64,000 nucleotides of DNA from an uncultured bacterium (lineage in GTDB: Bacteria > Cyanobacteriota > Cyanobacteriia > B231): positions 785 through 64,784 of the forward strand of contig CAZHXN010000002.1 in assembly GCA_964536415.1 (NCBI GenBank). Direction: 5' to 3'. The translations under genes were made by a program, and so were the position numbers. Shown one piece after another: positions 18,769-28,438 of this stretch (the stretch's first letter is position 1; each line of letters begins with the position of its first letter). Under the pieces are notes generated by a model. That model ran no database searches, was not told the origin of the DNA, and saw only the letters and a program-made list of their open reading frames with translations.

Positions 18769-19417
18769 CTCCGAGGGCGCGATTGTCCTGGGCAGCAGGT
18801 TGCGGTTGGCCAACAGTGGTATGACGGGAACGGTCGGGACGACGGCGGCCTGCACGCAGGTGTTGCAAGAGCCAGATCCCCAGGCAATAGCTCAACACAC
18901 TACTCACGGCCCCCACAATTGCACTGCCCAGCAGGAGGGCCGTGGCCACCTCGGTCCCCAAGTCCCACCAATGTTGCCAGGTTGTTAGGCCCGTGAAATC
19001 GATCGGTGAGGCGGAGGACGCTAAGACCCAGCGTCCAATCTGGTAGTTGAAGGCAAAGATCGGCACATAGGTGAAGGGGTTGCTCACCCAGGTCCCGGCG
19101 ATCGTTAACAAGCGATTGCCGCGAATCAGGGTGGCGATCACAAGGCCGATCGCGATCTGGAAACCAAAGAAGGGAAAGCATCCAGCAAAGACCCCCGCTG
19201 CTAAGCCCCGTGCCATTTGCTGCGGTGTCCCCCGCAGGCGCAGTAACCGGCAGTAAACATACCGGCAAGACCGTCGCCAGGACACACGCCAATGGAGGAA
19301 ACGGGAAGTTAGGGGAAGGGGGAGTCGTTTAACCATACCAAGGGGGATTATGCAAGCGTTAGCTGTAGAATGCCGCCGGACGGTGGCGATCTTGAGCGCT
19401 AGGCTGACACCTGGCAC
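18752..19417 (-). CDS. DUF2062 domain membrane protein
   Basis: 221-aa ORF with LRGTPQQMARGLAAGVFAGCFPFFGFQIAIGLVIATLIRGNRLLTIAGTWVSNPFTYVPIFAFNYQIG, typical of DUF2062. Its 3' end overlaps the convergent 17692-18768 gene by 17 nt. Confidence 0.8.
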   Translation of the reverse strand: MPGVSLALKIATVRRHSTANACIIPLGMVKRLPLPLTSRFLHWRVSWRRSCRYVYCRLLRLRGTPQQMARGLAAGVFAGCFPFFGFQIAIGLVIATLIRGNRLLTIAGTWVSNPFTYVPIFAFNYQIGRWVLASSASPIDFTGLTTWQHWWDLGTEVATALLLGSAIVGAVSSVLSYCLGIWLLQHLRAGRRRPDRSRHTTVGQPQPAAQDNRALGAKDGP

Positions 19418-19635
19418 TTAGTTGCAGTGCAAGTTGCAAGTTGAAGCTCTGTCCTATCAAGGCTAATCTAATATCAAGGCTAATCGAAAAGATGAGCCAT
19501 TGCTTTTCCCGTGCCGTTGCCTTGATGGATGCCATCCGCTGCTAGCCTCACACGACTGAGTGCGCCAGTACCGGTGTTGTGCGGATGCAGGGCACCCAGC
19601 AAGCTTCCCCCCTCTGTACGCTGACCAGGTGAACT

Positions 19636-20769
19636 GTGTCTCACATTATTTGCGTTCATTCCTTTCGCCACGGGACGGGCAAGTCCAGTCTGACGGCAAA
19701 CCTGGCGGTTTGTTTGGCCCGTCAAGGGCAGCGGGTGGGGATTATCGATACGGATTTTCAAGCCCCTGGTATCCATACCCTGTTTGATGTCGATCCGGAT
19801 CACCTCGATCCAGCCCTCAACTATTACCTGTGGAGTGATGTCAGTCTTGATGAAGCGGTCTATCCTACGGACCTCTGGCTGACGGTGGGTGACGGCCAAA
19901 TCATCTTGATGGGGGGAGGCATTTATTTAGTGCCCACCAGCCTCAAATTATCGGAAATGACACGCTTACTGAATCAGGGGTATGACGTGGTCCGGCTGCA
20001 GCAGGGCATTCTGGATTTGGTGAATCGTCTCCATCTGGATTTTCTCCTGATTGACTCCCATCCGGCTTGGGATGAGGGAGCCTTAGCCACGATGGGCATG
20101 GTCGATATCGCGATCGTGCTCATGTGCCTCGATCGTCAGGACTTCCAAGGGACTGCTGTTGCCCTAGACATCACCGCTAACCTGGAAGTTCCCCATACCC
20201 TTCTAGTGGTCAACCAGGTGCTCTCCAGTTATGACCGGAAGGCGGTTCGGGAACAGATTATGGTGACTTACAACATGACCGATGTCACGCTATTACCCCT
20301 GTCGCTCAAGATGGCTTTAATGGGGGGACAAGGGATTTTCTGTCTCAAATACCCCCAGGATGAGCTAGCCCAAACGATCGCAGGCATTGCCCAAACCGTG
20401 CTAACCCTGACGCAGGAACAGCAGCCTAAATTTAAGTACGCTCCTCTTCCCATCACTGCCACAGTGACCACACCCGCCGTGAAATCGGGTTTACGCATGG
20501 TGGATCTTCTGGAAATGCCCCATGAGCAACGCCAGTTAGTGCGCTGGTTGATGCGCCGCCCCCGGGCCAGCTTTGCCGAGATTGCAACCTATGCGGCCCA
20601 GACCTGGCAGCAAAGTGAAGCTGAAGTCCAAACCCTGCTGGATACCCTGCTGCAACAGCAATACCTCACCACCCACGGGGAGGCAACCCACCCAGTTTAC
20701 CAAATCAACTTAGCCGCTAAACCCGGCCAATCGGGAATCACGATCACCTGGTCTAAACTAGAAGTCTAA
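19636..20769 (+). CDS. MinD/ParA-superfamily P-loop ATPase with atypical Walker A and a C-terminal winged-helix-like extension
   Basis: 377-aa ORF (GTG start in the track). Walker A region VHSFRHGTGKSSLTANLA; switch-like IIDTDFQAPG; LLIDSHP (Walker B-like). The C-terminal ~100 aa (EQRQLVRWLMRRPRASFAEIATYAAQ...YLTTHGEATHPVYQINL) looks like a wHTH. Confidence 0.8.
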   Translation: MSHIICVHSFRHGTGKSSLTANLAVCLARQGQRVGIIDTDFQAPGIHTLFDVDPDHLDPALNYYLWSDVSLDEAVYPTDLWLTVGDGQIILMGGGIYLVPTSLKLSEMTRLLNQGYDVVRLQQGILDLVNRLHLDFLLIDSHPAWDEGALATMGMVDIAIVLMCLDRQDFQGTAVALDITANLEVPHTLLVVNQVLSSYDRKAVREQIMVTYNMTDVTLLPLSLKMALMGGQGIFCLKYPQDELAQTIAGIAQTVLTLTQEQQPKFKYAPLPITATVTTPAVKSGLRMVDLLEMPHEQRQLVRWLMRRPRASFAEIATYAAQTWQQSEAEVQTLLDTLLQQQYLTTHGEATHPVYQINLAAKPGQSGITITWSKLEV

Positions 20770-20788
20770 ACTAGAAGCGGAATAATAG

Positions 20789-22615
20789 CTAGCGAGCTGT
20801 TTTCGGAGACGTCTGACTCTGGCCCTTGAGGCGCTCAAAGCTAAGGGCAACTACCCCAAGCGTCACCAGGACAACGCCAAGAATTTGCAAACGTTGTAAG
20901 GTTTCCCCAATCAAGATCAGGGCGAGGAGGGCAGTAAAGGCAGGCCCAGTTGCCCCAACGATCGCCGAGCGTGCGGCCCCGGCCATTCGGATACCAAAAT
21001 TGTTGGACAAGTACCCCGCCAGCGTTGTCACCGCCAGCAACAGAACCCCGATCACTAAATTGGACCATTGGTTGCCGTTGACCCGAACCGCCCATGTACT
21101 GGGTAGGGGTACCAGAGCCAAGATCAATCCACTACAGAGGAAGATCGTGGCAAACTGGACCAGCGTCACCGCCACCGCATTCAGCTTGCGCGTACTGCTC
21201 TGGGTATAGATGACAAAAAAGGCAAAGGCAATCCCCGACCCGATCGCCGCTGCTAACCCGATCCCAGACAAGTCATTGGCACCGGTCCTTCCCCCCGACA
21301 GGGCGATCATGCCCACCCCCAGCAAGACAACTGCCGTAATTCCCAGCCGGAATAGGGTGGGGCGATCACCAAAGAAAGCCCAGGATAGGAAAAGCGTCAC
21401 GATCGGGTAGATGAAAAAGATGGTGATGGCGATTCCCGTCGGAATTTGCCCCAGGGCAATATAAATGAACAGTTGCGACAGAAAAAGGCAAAAGCCACTC
21501 CCGAATACAGTCCGTTGCAAAGTGCGATCGCGGGTGGTTAAAAATTGCCGCAGATCTCGCCAAACGTGGGGATAGAACCACTGGGCCAACAGGGCCAGCA
21601 CGGGCAGCACCAACACCACCCGCAGGAAGAGAATTAACACCGAATTCCCAAAGCTGGGTGAAATGATGCCTCCCCATTGGAACAATCCCACAATTGACCG
21701 CTCCTTGAGAATCACCCGCAGGACCACATTCTGCAACGACAGGAAAAAGGAGGAGAGCAAAATAAGCAGCAGTCCCACTTGAACCGGGGAGAGACGTTGG
21801 GTTGCCGAGGCTGGCGTTACCGACGGAGCAGGGTGTTTTGGCCGTTCCCGCTGCGGCAGGGTCTCCGGCTCAGCCAGGGGAGGGGAAGGATCAGGCCGAG
21901 GCGGATAACTTCGGGACGAAGGGGCCGGTGCGGGAGGGGCTGCCCAGTCGATCGGCTGCCGATCGCGGGGGATCGCAGCCAGCCATTGATCCTCCAGGGG
22001 GGCAAACCGGGAACTGGTGGGGAGCTTGGCCACCTCTTCCTCCAGCACCGCATTGAGACGGTTGACCAGAGCCGTTAGAATAGCTTCCCCCTGTTGCTCC
22101 AGGTTGTGCATCCGGCTGAGTTGCTGCGACAGCGCACTCTGGTAGCTACTGAGATCCTGCTCTAAGGATTGAAACGTGGTGTTGAGGGTGGCATCCAGAG
22201 ACGCGATCATTTGATAGGCCCGATCGCTATACCCATTACTGTGGACAGCGCTAGCCGATGTATTGGTGGGGGCCGGGGTTTGTCCGGCCAGTTGGTGCAG
22301 TTCTTCGCTCAGGCGATGTTGGAGGTGAGCTGCGATCGCCTGGGCCAGTTTTTTCGCCCACTGTTGTTGTCGGAGTAATTCCTGGCGGGTAAAAGCCTCC
22401 TGATGCTCGGCCCGGAGGGTTTCAATTTCGCGGACGAGGCGCTCCTTTTCCAGTTGCAACCATTGAATATCCTGGGCCAGTTGGGCCACCAGGCTTTCCT
22501 GCAATTTTTGCAGTTCTTGAGTCATGGCATTTAAGGCCGTATCTGCTGCCCGTGCCGCCGCCGGACCCGACAGACTACCACTCCCACTTCCCAATCGCTG
22601 ATTGGATTGCGCCAT
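20789..22615 (-). CDS. sepJ: SepJ/FraG-like septal protein: N-terminal coiled coil, Pro-rich linker, C-terminal DMT/EamA-type permease
   Basis: 608-aa ORF. Residues ~25-200 are heptad-rich (LQKLQESLVAQLAQDIQWLQLEKERLVREIETLRAEHQ). The linker is PPAPAPSSRSYPPRPDPSPPLAEPETLPQRERPKHPAPS. The C-terminal ~330 aa contain about 10 hydrophobic helices in two EamA-like halves. This tripartite architecture is the published hallmark of SepJ. The gene symbol is architecture-based only. Confidence 0.65.
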   Translation of the reverse strand: MAQSNQRLGSGSGSLSGPAAARAADTALNAMTQELQKLQESLVAQLAQDIQWLQLEKERLVREIETLRAEHQEAFTRQELLRQQQWAKKLAQAIAAHLQHRLSEELHQLAGQTPAPTNTSASAVHSNGYSDRAYQMIASLDATLNTTFQSLEQDLSSYQSALSQQLSRMHNLEQQGEAILTALVNRLNAVLEEEVAKLPTSSRFAPLEDQWLAAIPRDRQPIDWAAPPAPAPSSRSYPPRPDPSPPLAEPETLPQRERPKHPAPSVTPASATQRLSPVQVGLLLILLSSFFLSLQNVVLRVILKERSIVGLFQWGGIISPSFGNSVLILFLRVVLVLPVLALLAQWFYPHVWRDLRQFLTTRDRTLQRTVFGSGFCLFLSQLFIYIALGQIPTGIAITIFFIYPIVTLFLSWAFFGDRPTLFRLGITAVVLLGVGMIALSGGRTGANDLSGIGLAAAIGSGIAFAFFVIYTQSSTRKLNAVAVTLVQFATIFLCSGLILALVPLPSTWAVRVNGNQWSNLVIGVLLLAVTTLAGYLSNNFGIRMAGAARSAIVGATGPAFTALLALILIGETLQRLQILGVVLVTLGVVALSFERLKGQSQTSPKTAR

Positions 22616-22809
22616 TAGAGTTTGCCCCCCTTGGACTGCCCTACATCATAAGTAAAAAATTCCAAAAGGGCCGCATCGCTCAAAATGTTTTCAATCTTAC
22701 TGGGCGATCACGGCAACAACGGACACATCTGACCCGCTCCCCGGCCCGCAAAGTGTGATTCAAGCGTTAGACTAACGACAAATTAAGGTTTAAGTACACA
22801 TGGAGTCGA

Positions 22810-24306
22810 ATGAAATTTCATACGGTTGAGACGGCTCCCCAGGACTGGCGTGGGGATGGGCTGGCGATTGGACTATGGCAAACGGCGACCACCGAGGATC
22901 AAGACCCCCCAATCGCCCTTGCCAACGAATGGGCGGCCCTGGATACCCAGTTCAACGGTGCCCTGACAGAATTGATCACAGAGATGGAATTTAAGGCCAA
23001 AGCCGGGAGTACGATCGCCACCCGACTGGGAGGCAACGCCCCCGTGCGCAAGGTGATTCTGGTGGGAATGGGCAAGGCTGCCGATCTCACCCTGGATGGA
23101 GTACGCCGTGCCGCTGCAGCAGTTGCCCGTTTAGCGAAAAAAGAACGCTGCAAAACCCTTGCCCTGTGTCTACCCCTGGCGGATCTAAATCCCAGCCTGG
23201 CGGTCCAGGCCATGACCGAGGGGATCGAACTAGCCCTGTATCAGGATCTACGTTTTAAATCCGAACCGGAAAAGGTGCCATCGCCGGAGCGCATTGACTT
23301 TCTGGGCTATGGGGATCAACTGGCCGCGATCGCCCGTGCCCAGGCTATTTGTGCTGGGGTACAACTGGCGCGGGAACTCGTGGCCGCCCCCGCCAATGCC
23401 GTCACCCCCCTTACCCTCGCTGACACGGCACGAGAGATTGCCGAAACCGCTGGGTGGCAAGTCGAAGTGTTGGGCAAAGCCGAATGTGAGCAACTCGGCA
23501 TGGGGGCCTATCTGGGGGTGGCCCAAGCCTCGGAAATCCCCCCCCAATTCATCCATTTAAGCTATCAACCGGCAGGGACCCCTCGCCGCAAACTGGCCAT
23601 TATTGGTAAGGGCCTCACCTTTGACTCCGGCGGTCTCAACATTAAGGGGGCGGGGAGTGGCATTGAAATGATGAAAATGGATATGGCCGGTGCCGGAGCC
23701 ATGCTGGGTGCAGCCAAGGCCCTCAGCCTGCTCAATCCGCCGGACGTTGAACTGCATTTCATCAGCCCCGCTACTGAAAATATGATCAGCGGCCATGCCC
23801 TCCACCCAGGGGACGTGATTACCGCCGCCAATGGCAAAACGATCGAAGTCAACAATACCGATGCCGAAGGTCGCCTTACCCTGGCCGATGCCCTGGTCTT
23901 TGCTGAAAAATTGGGCGTGGATGCGATCGTCGATCTGGCGACCCTCACCGGAGCCTGTGTGATTGCCCTGGGGGATCAGATTGCCGGGTTGTGGAGTTCC
24001 GATGCTGCCCTGAGTGAAGCCTTGCAGCAAGCGGCGACCCAAGCCGGGGAGAAACTCTGGCCCATGCCCCTAGAGGAAAAATACTTCGAGGGCATGAAAT
24101 CCCAGATCGCTGATATGAAAAATACTGGCCCTCGCAACGCGGGTGCGATCACCGCAGCCCTCTTCCTCAAGCAATTTATCAAAGACACCCCCTGGGCGCA
24201 CCTGGATATTGCGGGTCCCGCCTGGTTGGAGAAGGAGGATGGCTACAACAGTGCGGGCGCGACGGGGTTTGGGGTGCGCACCCTGGTCAATTGGGTCCTG
24301 AGCTAG
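22810..24306 (+). CDS. pepA: Leucyl aminopeptidase (M17 family)
   Basis: 498-aa ORF with [24 protein letters not shown] and [16 protein letters not shown] signature motifs. Confidence 0.95.
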   Translation: MKFHTVETAPQDWRGDGLAIGLWQTATTEDQDPPIALANEWAALDTQFNGALTELITEMEFKAKAGSTIATRLGGNAPVRKVILVGMGKAADLTLDGVRRAAAAVARLAKKERCKTLALCLPLADLNPSLAVQAMTEGIELALYQDLRFKSEPEKVPSPERIDFLGYGDQLAAIARAQAICAGVQLARELVAAPANAVTPLTLADTAREIAETAGWQVEVLGKAECEQLGMGAYLGVAQASEIPPQFIHLSYQPAGTPRRKLAIIGKGLTFDSGGLNIKGAGSGIEMMKMDMAGAGAMLGAAKALSLLNPPDVELHFISPATENMISGHALHPGDVITAANGKTIEVNNTDAEGRLTLADALVFAEKLGVDAIVDLATLTGACVIALGDQIAGLWSSDAALSEALQQAATQAGEKLWPMPLEEKYFEGMKSQIADMKNTGPRNAGAITAALFLKQFIKDTPWAHLDIAGPAWLEKEDGYNSAGATGFGVRTLVNWVLS

Positions 24307-24594
24307 GGACAGTGGGGACGGCGAGGCGTGCCTTCGTCCCCCGCGATTGGTCCCCGACAGCCCCCGCAGATCCCACTCACGTTAATGTCAAGAAAGGTAA
24401 ACCTGTGGGGGAACTAGACAGAACCAAGGGGGGACTCAGTAGAATGTGCGTAATATGATGAGGGGACTGGGCGATCGCTGGCGTGTTATCGGTGCCTGTG
24501 GGTGTGATCACAGCCTAGCCAGCCCCAGAGCCTTATCGTTAACGGTTAGCCGTCCCTACGGCCCATCGAAACATATCGGAATACTTAAACACCT

Positions 24595-25122
24595 GTGAGC
24601 TTAAAAAAACCCAATCGCGATCTTCCCCAAATCAACGAGCGCATTCGCTTTCGCGAAATTCGAGTCATCGATACGGATGGCGGTCAACTGGGCATCATGA
24701 CGCCCGCCGAAGCCCTACGCATGGCTGAGGACAAGGATCTGGACCTTGTGTTACTGAGTGACAAGGCCGAGCCGCCCGTCTGCCGCATCATGGACTACGG
24801 CAAATATAAATTTGAGCAAGAGAAGAAGGCCCGCGAGGCCAAGAAGAAACAACACGCTGCCGAAGTCAAGGAAGTCAAGATGCGCTACAAGATCGAAGAG
24901 CACGACTACAATGTGCGCATCAATCAGGCAGAACGCTTTCTCAAATCGGGCGATAAGGTCAAGGCCACGGTTACCTTTCGCGGTCGAGAAATTCAGCATG
25001 CGGACCTAGCGGAAGACCTCCTGAAGCGGATGGCCACGGACTTACAGGAGATTGCGGAAGTGCAGCAGTCCCCCAAGCGGGAGGGCCGCAATATGATGAT
25101 GCTCCTGTCGCCGAAGAAGTAA
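24595..25122 (+). CDS. infC: Translation initiation factor IF-3
   Basis: 175-aa ORF: [73 protein letters not shown] start; an in-frame TAA lies 9 nt upstream, so no ATG start is possible. Confidence 0.95.
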   Translation: MSLKKPNRDLPQINERIRFREIRVIDTDGGQLGIMTPAEALRMAEDKDLDLVLLSDKAEPPVCRIMDYGKYKFEQEKKAREAKKKQHAAEVKEVKMRYKIEEHDYNVRINQAERFLKSGDKVKATVTFRGREIQHADLAEDLLKRMATDLQEIAEVQQSPKREGRNMMMLLSPKK

Positions 25123-25139
25123 CCCCTTGGGTTGATGAC

Positions 25140-25300
25140 AAAGACAGGGTGCGGGTGGGCACCCCAGGACTCATGCATAACCCCACACCTTCCGCCCGAC
25201 ACAGGGTCCAGGTTAAACCAATAATGACCTCCTGGATACGGGCAGAGGTGCAACTCGCGGCTAAGAGGCGATCGTAAAGGGTGCGCGGGTGCCGTTTCAT
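25140..25300 (-). pseudogene. Possible 5' remnant of a DUF4213/DUF364 (putative heavy-metal chelation domain) gene
   Basis: Within ORF 24971-25540(-), the segment starting at ATG 25300 reads MKRHPRTLYDRLLAASCTSARIQEVIIGLTWTLCRAEGVGLCMSPG. This resembles the DUF4213 N-terminus (LYD.L......V..V.IGL.WT.V....G.GLA). The frame then runs antisense into infC, so only ~50 codons are credible. Confidence 0.3.
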
Positions 25301-25896
25301 GATCTCGTTTCGTTTTATTTCGTTACACCAGATGTGACGAACTCTAACATTTCCCTCAGCTAAGCCCCGCGCAGCAACGGCCACGGTCACACCCTGCGTC
25401 GGACGATCGCCCTCCCACAGCCAACCCGCGTCCACCAGCCCCCCTGCACCCAAGCCGGAATTTTCTTCGCACAAGCTAAAAAATCCCCCGATCCCAACGT
25501 TATTCTCATGTGTGCTTTGGGAACACAGTCGCTGCCGCACCCTTGGGCCGCGATCGCTCCCTCAGAGGTTTCTTGCTTAAGGATAGACATTTGTCAATCT
25601 GAGATTATTTTACATAAAGTAACAATACGATCTCTAGGTTCATGCGCCTGTGGCCAGCGGGGCCTGCGAATTTTGTTGCATAGGATGCATTGTCACCCCA
25701 GAATCCTGGGTACCCTAAGACTAGGGGGGAAACCACATTGGGAGGAAAAGCGTTTCTCAGAATCAGTTGAGTTATCTGAGAGAGAATGTTACAATTATTG
25801 ACAATAGAACATACGATTTAATCCAGCTAGCGATCGGCGTTAGCTGCGGGGAGTTTTTTATTCGTCTTTATTATCTGCCTTACCTGGATTGCCGCC

Positions 25897-26853
25897 ATGA
25901 AGACATCTCAGCGTTCAACAGACTTAGTGCGGGCCTACCTGCGGGAGATTGGTCGGGTACCCTTACTCACTCATGACCAGGAAATTGAATTTGGTCGTCA
26001 GGTTCAGCGCTTAGCGAAACTTCAGAAAAATAAGGAAAATTTAATAAATTCCCTGGGTCATGAGCCAACACTGAGTGAGTGGGCGGCCTGTGTCGATCTG
26101 TCGGAAAGCGAACTGTCCCAAGCCATTACTGAGGGGGAGACGGCTAAGCGCAAGATGGTGGAGGCCAACCTGCGGCTAGTGGTTTCGGTGGCGAAGAAGT
26201 ACATCAAGCGCAATGTGGATTTGCTTGACCTGATCCAGGAGGGCACGATCGGGATGCAACGGGGGGTAGAGAAATTCGATCCGGCCAAGGGCTATCGCTT
26301 CTCCACCTATGCCTACTGGTGGATTCGCCAAGCCATTACGCGGGCGATCGCCGAGAAGGGGCGAACCATTCGTCTGCCGATCCACATCACCGAGAAGCTG
26401 AATAAGATCAAAAAAACCCAACGCCAGTTATCGCAACAGTTGGGGCGGGCGGCCACCACGGCGGAGTTAGCGGCTGCTCTGGATCTGAAACCCGAGCAAG
26501 TCCGGGAGTATCTGGAGCGATCGCGCCAGCCCCTCTCCCTTGATCTGCGGGTGGGGGATAACCAGGATACGGAGTTGGTGGAATTGCTGGAGGATGCGGG
26601 GCCGCAACCAGAGGACTACGTGAAGCAAAATGCCCTGCGTCAAGATCTGGAAACCCTCATGGCGGATCTGACGCCGCAGCAACGGGAAGTCTTGGCCCTG
26701 CGCTTTGGTCTGGAAGACGGGCGGCAATTAACCCTGGCCAAAATTGGCGATCGTCTCAATATCAGCCGTGAGCGCGTCCGGCAGATCGAGCGGGAAGCCC
26801 TCACCAAGCTGCGCAAGCGCAAGGGTGATATGCACGAATACCTGGCGAGTTAA
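25897..26853 (+). CDS. Group 2 (RpoD-like, non-essential type) RNA polymerase sigma-70 factor
   Basis: 318-aa ORF. Region 1.2 [17 protein letters not shown], region 2 [41 protein letters not shown], region 4 [18 protein letters not shown]. The length lacks the long region 1.1 of group 1 sigma factors. Confidence 0.93.
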   Translation: MKTSQRSTDLVRAYLREIGRVPLLTHDQEIEFGRQVQRLAKLQKNKENLINSLGHEPTLSEWAACVDLSESELSQAITEGETAKRKMVEANLRLVVSVAKKYIKRNVDLLDLIQEGTIGMQRGVEKFDPAKGYRFSTYAYWWIRQAITRAIAEKGRTIRLPIHITEKLNKIKKTQRQLSQQLGRAATTAELAAALDLKPEQVREYLERSRQPLSLDLRVGDNQDTELVELLEDAGPQPEDYVKQNALRQDLETLMADLTPQQREVLALRFGLEDGRQLTLAKIGDRLNISRERVRQIEREALTKLRKRKGDMHEYLAS

Positions 26854-26895
26854 TTGGCACCTATCTATGCTGGGATTAATCAGGATTAATTTTGA

Positions 26896-26924
26896 GGGCA
26901 GGCATCTCACCTGCCCGATTTTTA
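26896..26924 (+). terminator. Rho-independent terminator downstream of the sigma factor gene
   Basis: GGGCAGG-CATCTCA-CCTGCCC (7-bp GC-rich stem) followed by GATTTTTA. Confidence 0.65.
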
Positions 26925-26983
26925 TGGGATGGCCAGATTGCAGCAGACTGTTACCAAAAGCTTGGGGAAATCAGTGGGCAAAA

Positions 26984-27112
26984 TCAGTGGGCCGTAAAGC
27001 CAACAAACAGTAGGGGCAACAGCAGGGAGAGTGCAACAATAAGGAGCAAGGTACCGGGGTCAACATTGAGGATCAGGGGCTGACCCTTTTTCGTGCCAGG
27101 TTTTTCAGGCAT
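26984..27112 (-). CDS. Small (42 aa) single-pass membrane protein, unassigned
   Basis: Below the ORF-track length cutoff. Manual translation gives MPEKPGTKKGQPLILNVDPGTLLLIVALSLLLPLLFVGFTAH: a basic N-terminus followed by one hydrophobic helix. Same strand as the rhodanese gene and 97 nt downstream of it, ending just before the 26896-26924 hairpin. Confidence 0.3.
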   Translation of the reverse strand: MPEKPGTKKGQPLILNVDPGTLLLIVALSLLLPLLFVGFTAH

Positions 27113-27209
27113 GGTGGGTGCTCTACAATACTTGAGATCAGCACGATCGTAGCAGGAATCTCCTAACGAGCGTTCCTAGGCCCCCGACAATTTAATATTG
27201 GCGATCAAC

Positions 27210-27572
27210 TTAATACTGGCGTAAGGAAGGGTCAATCCGAATAGCATAGGCGTCGATGCCCCCCACCACATTTTTTACCTGTTGAAACCCCTGGGAAACG
27301 AGCCATGTGCACATGTGCTGCGATCGCATCCCGTGATGACAGAGGACGATGGTTTCCTGATTAGGATCAAACCGTTGGCTAATTTGACCCGACCACGTTT
27401 CAAATTGACTCAAGGGCAATAGTTCAAAGCCATCCAGGTGAACGATCTCCCATTCGTGGGGTTCACGCACATCGATCAGTTGCAGTGTACCAGGATCAGC
27501 CGAGGCTAGCTGCGTAGCAAGTTCTTCCACACTGATCTGGGTAATGGGGACATCGGCATGAGGAACCGTCAT
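27210..27572 (-). CDS. Rhodanese-like domain protein (single domain sulfurtransferase)
   Basis: 120-aa ORF with active-site loop IVLCHHGMRS and LIDVREPHEW. Confidence 0.9.
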   Translation of the reverse strand: MTVPHADVPITQISVEELATQLASADPGTLQLIDVREPHEWEIVHLDGFELLPLSQFETWSGQISQRFDPNQETIVLCHHGMRSQHMCTWLVSQGFQQVKNVVGGIDAYAIRIDPSLRQY

Positions 27573-27766
27573 CGCAGTCGTCAGGCGATAATATCTACCT
27601 CCTCAGCATAGAGCTAACCGAACTCAATGGGGGGAAAAGCCCGTATGCTTTTGCCCTGCTCCTCGCAGCCAAGTCTCCTTAAAATAGAGGCAGTAGACAG
27701 ATAAATATTCTCTAAACGGTTTTTAGATCTTTCTCACCTTACTGAGCAGAACGAGGCAACGGAGCT

Positions 27767-28438
27767 ATGATTTTCCACCCATCAATGGTGATTCTGATCC
27801 CAGGGATTATCCTCATGTACTGGGCACAAAGCCGGGTTCAAGGCACTTACCAAAAATACTCCGACGTGCGGTCTTCCTTGGGGCTAACGGGTGCCCAGGT
27901 TGCCGAAACTATTTTGCAACGGATGGGTGTTTCTGGGGTACGGGTTGAGCCTGTCGCAGGTGTCTTGACCGATCACTACGATCCCTCCGCCAAGGCGGTG
28001 CGTCTCTCCCAAGGGATCTACGGATCCAGTTCCCTGGCTGCTGCTGCCGTGGCTGCCCATGAGTGTGGACACGTCTTGCAAGATGTCAAGGGTTACTCAC
28101 CGATGAACTGGCGGGCGGCCATCGTCCCTGCAGCTAACTTTGGTTCCCAGTTGGGTCCCCTGCTGGTGCTAGGAGGGGTATTGTTTAATACCACGGGTCT
28201 GATCAACGTGGGCATCGTCCTCTTTGCCGCTGTGATCGCCTTCCACCTAGTGACCCTACCCGTTGAGTTCGACGCTTCCCGGCGCGCCCTGAAGCTGGTG
28301 GATGAATTGGGTATTTTGCAAGGAGATGAGCGGGACGGTGCCCGCCGCGTCTTGAATGCTGCTGCCTGGACCTATGTGGCCACTGCCCTATATGCGATTC
28401 TGCAACTGGTTCAACTGTTGATGATTCGCCGCGACTAG
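27767..28438 (+). CDS. YugP-type membrane zinc metallopeptidase (Zn_peptidase_2 family)
   Basis: 223-aa ORF with AVAAHECGHVLQ (HExxH), flanking TM segments, and EFDASRRAL. Confidence 0.88.
   Translation: MIFHPSMVILIPGIILMYWAQSRVQGTYQKYSDVRSSLGLTGAQVAETILQRMGVSGVRVEPVAGVLTDHYDPSAKAVRLSQGIYGSSSLAAAAVAAHECGHVLQDVKGYSPMNWRAAIVPAANFGSQLGPLLVLGGVLFNTTGLINVGIVLFAAVIAFHLVTLPVEFDASRRALKLVDELGILQGDERDGARRVLNAAAWTYVATALYAILQLVQLLMIRRD

Noticed and set aside
19636-20769. McdA (carboxysome-positioning ParA) assignment
   Set aside because: There is no small McdB-like gene downstream and no carboxysome genes nearby. A C-terminal wHTH extension is not a described McdA feature.
24971-25540. 189-aa minus-strand ORF overlapping infC
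   Set aside because: Only the short segment 25140-25300 has family-like sequence (reported as a possible remnant). The rest is antisense to infC or low-information upstream sequence.
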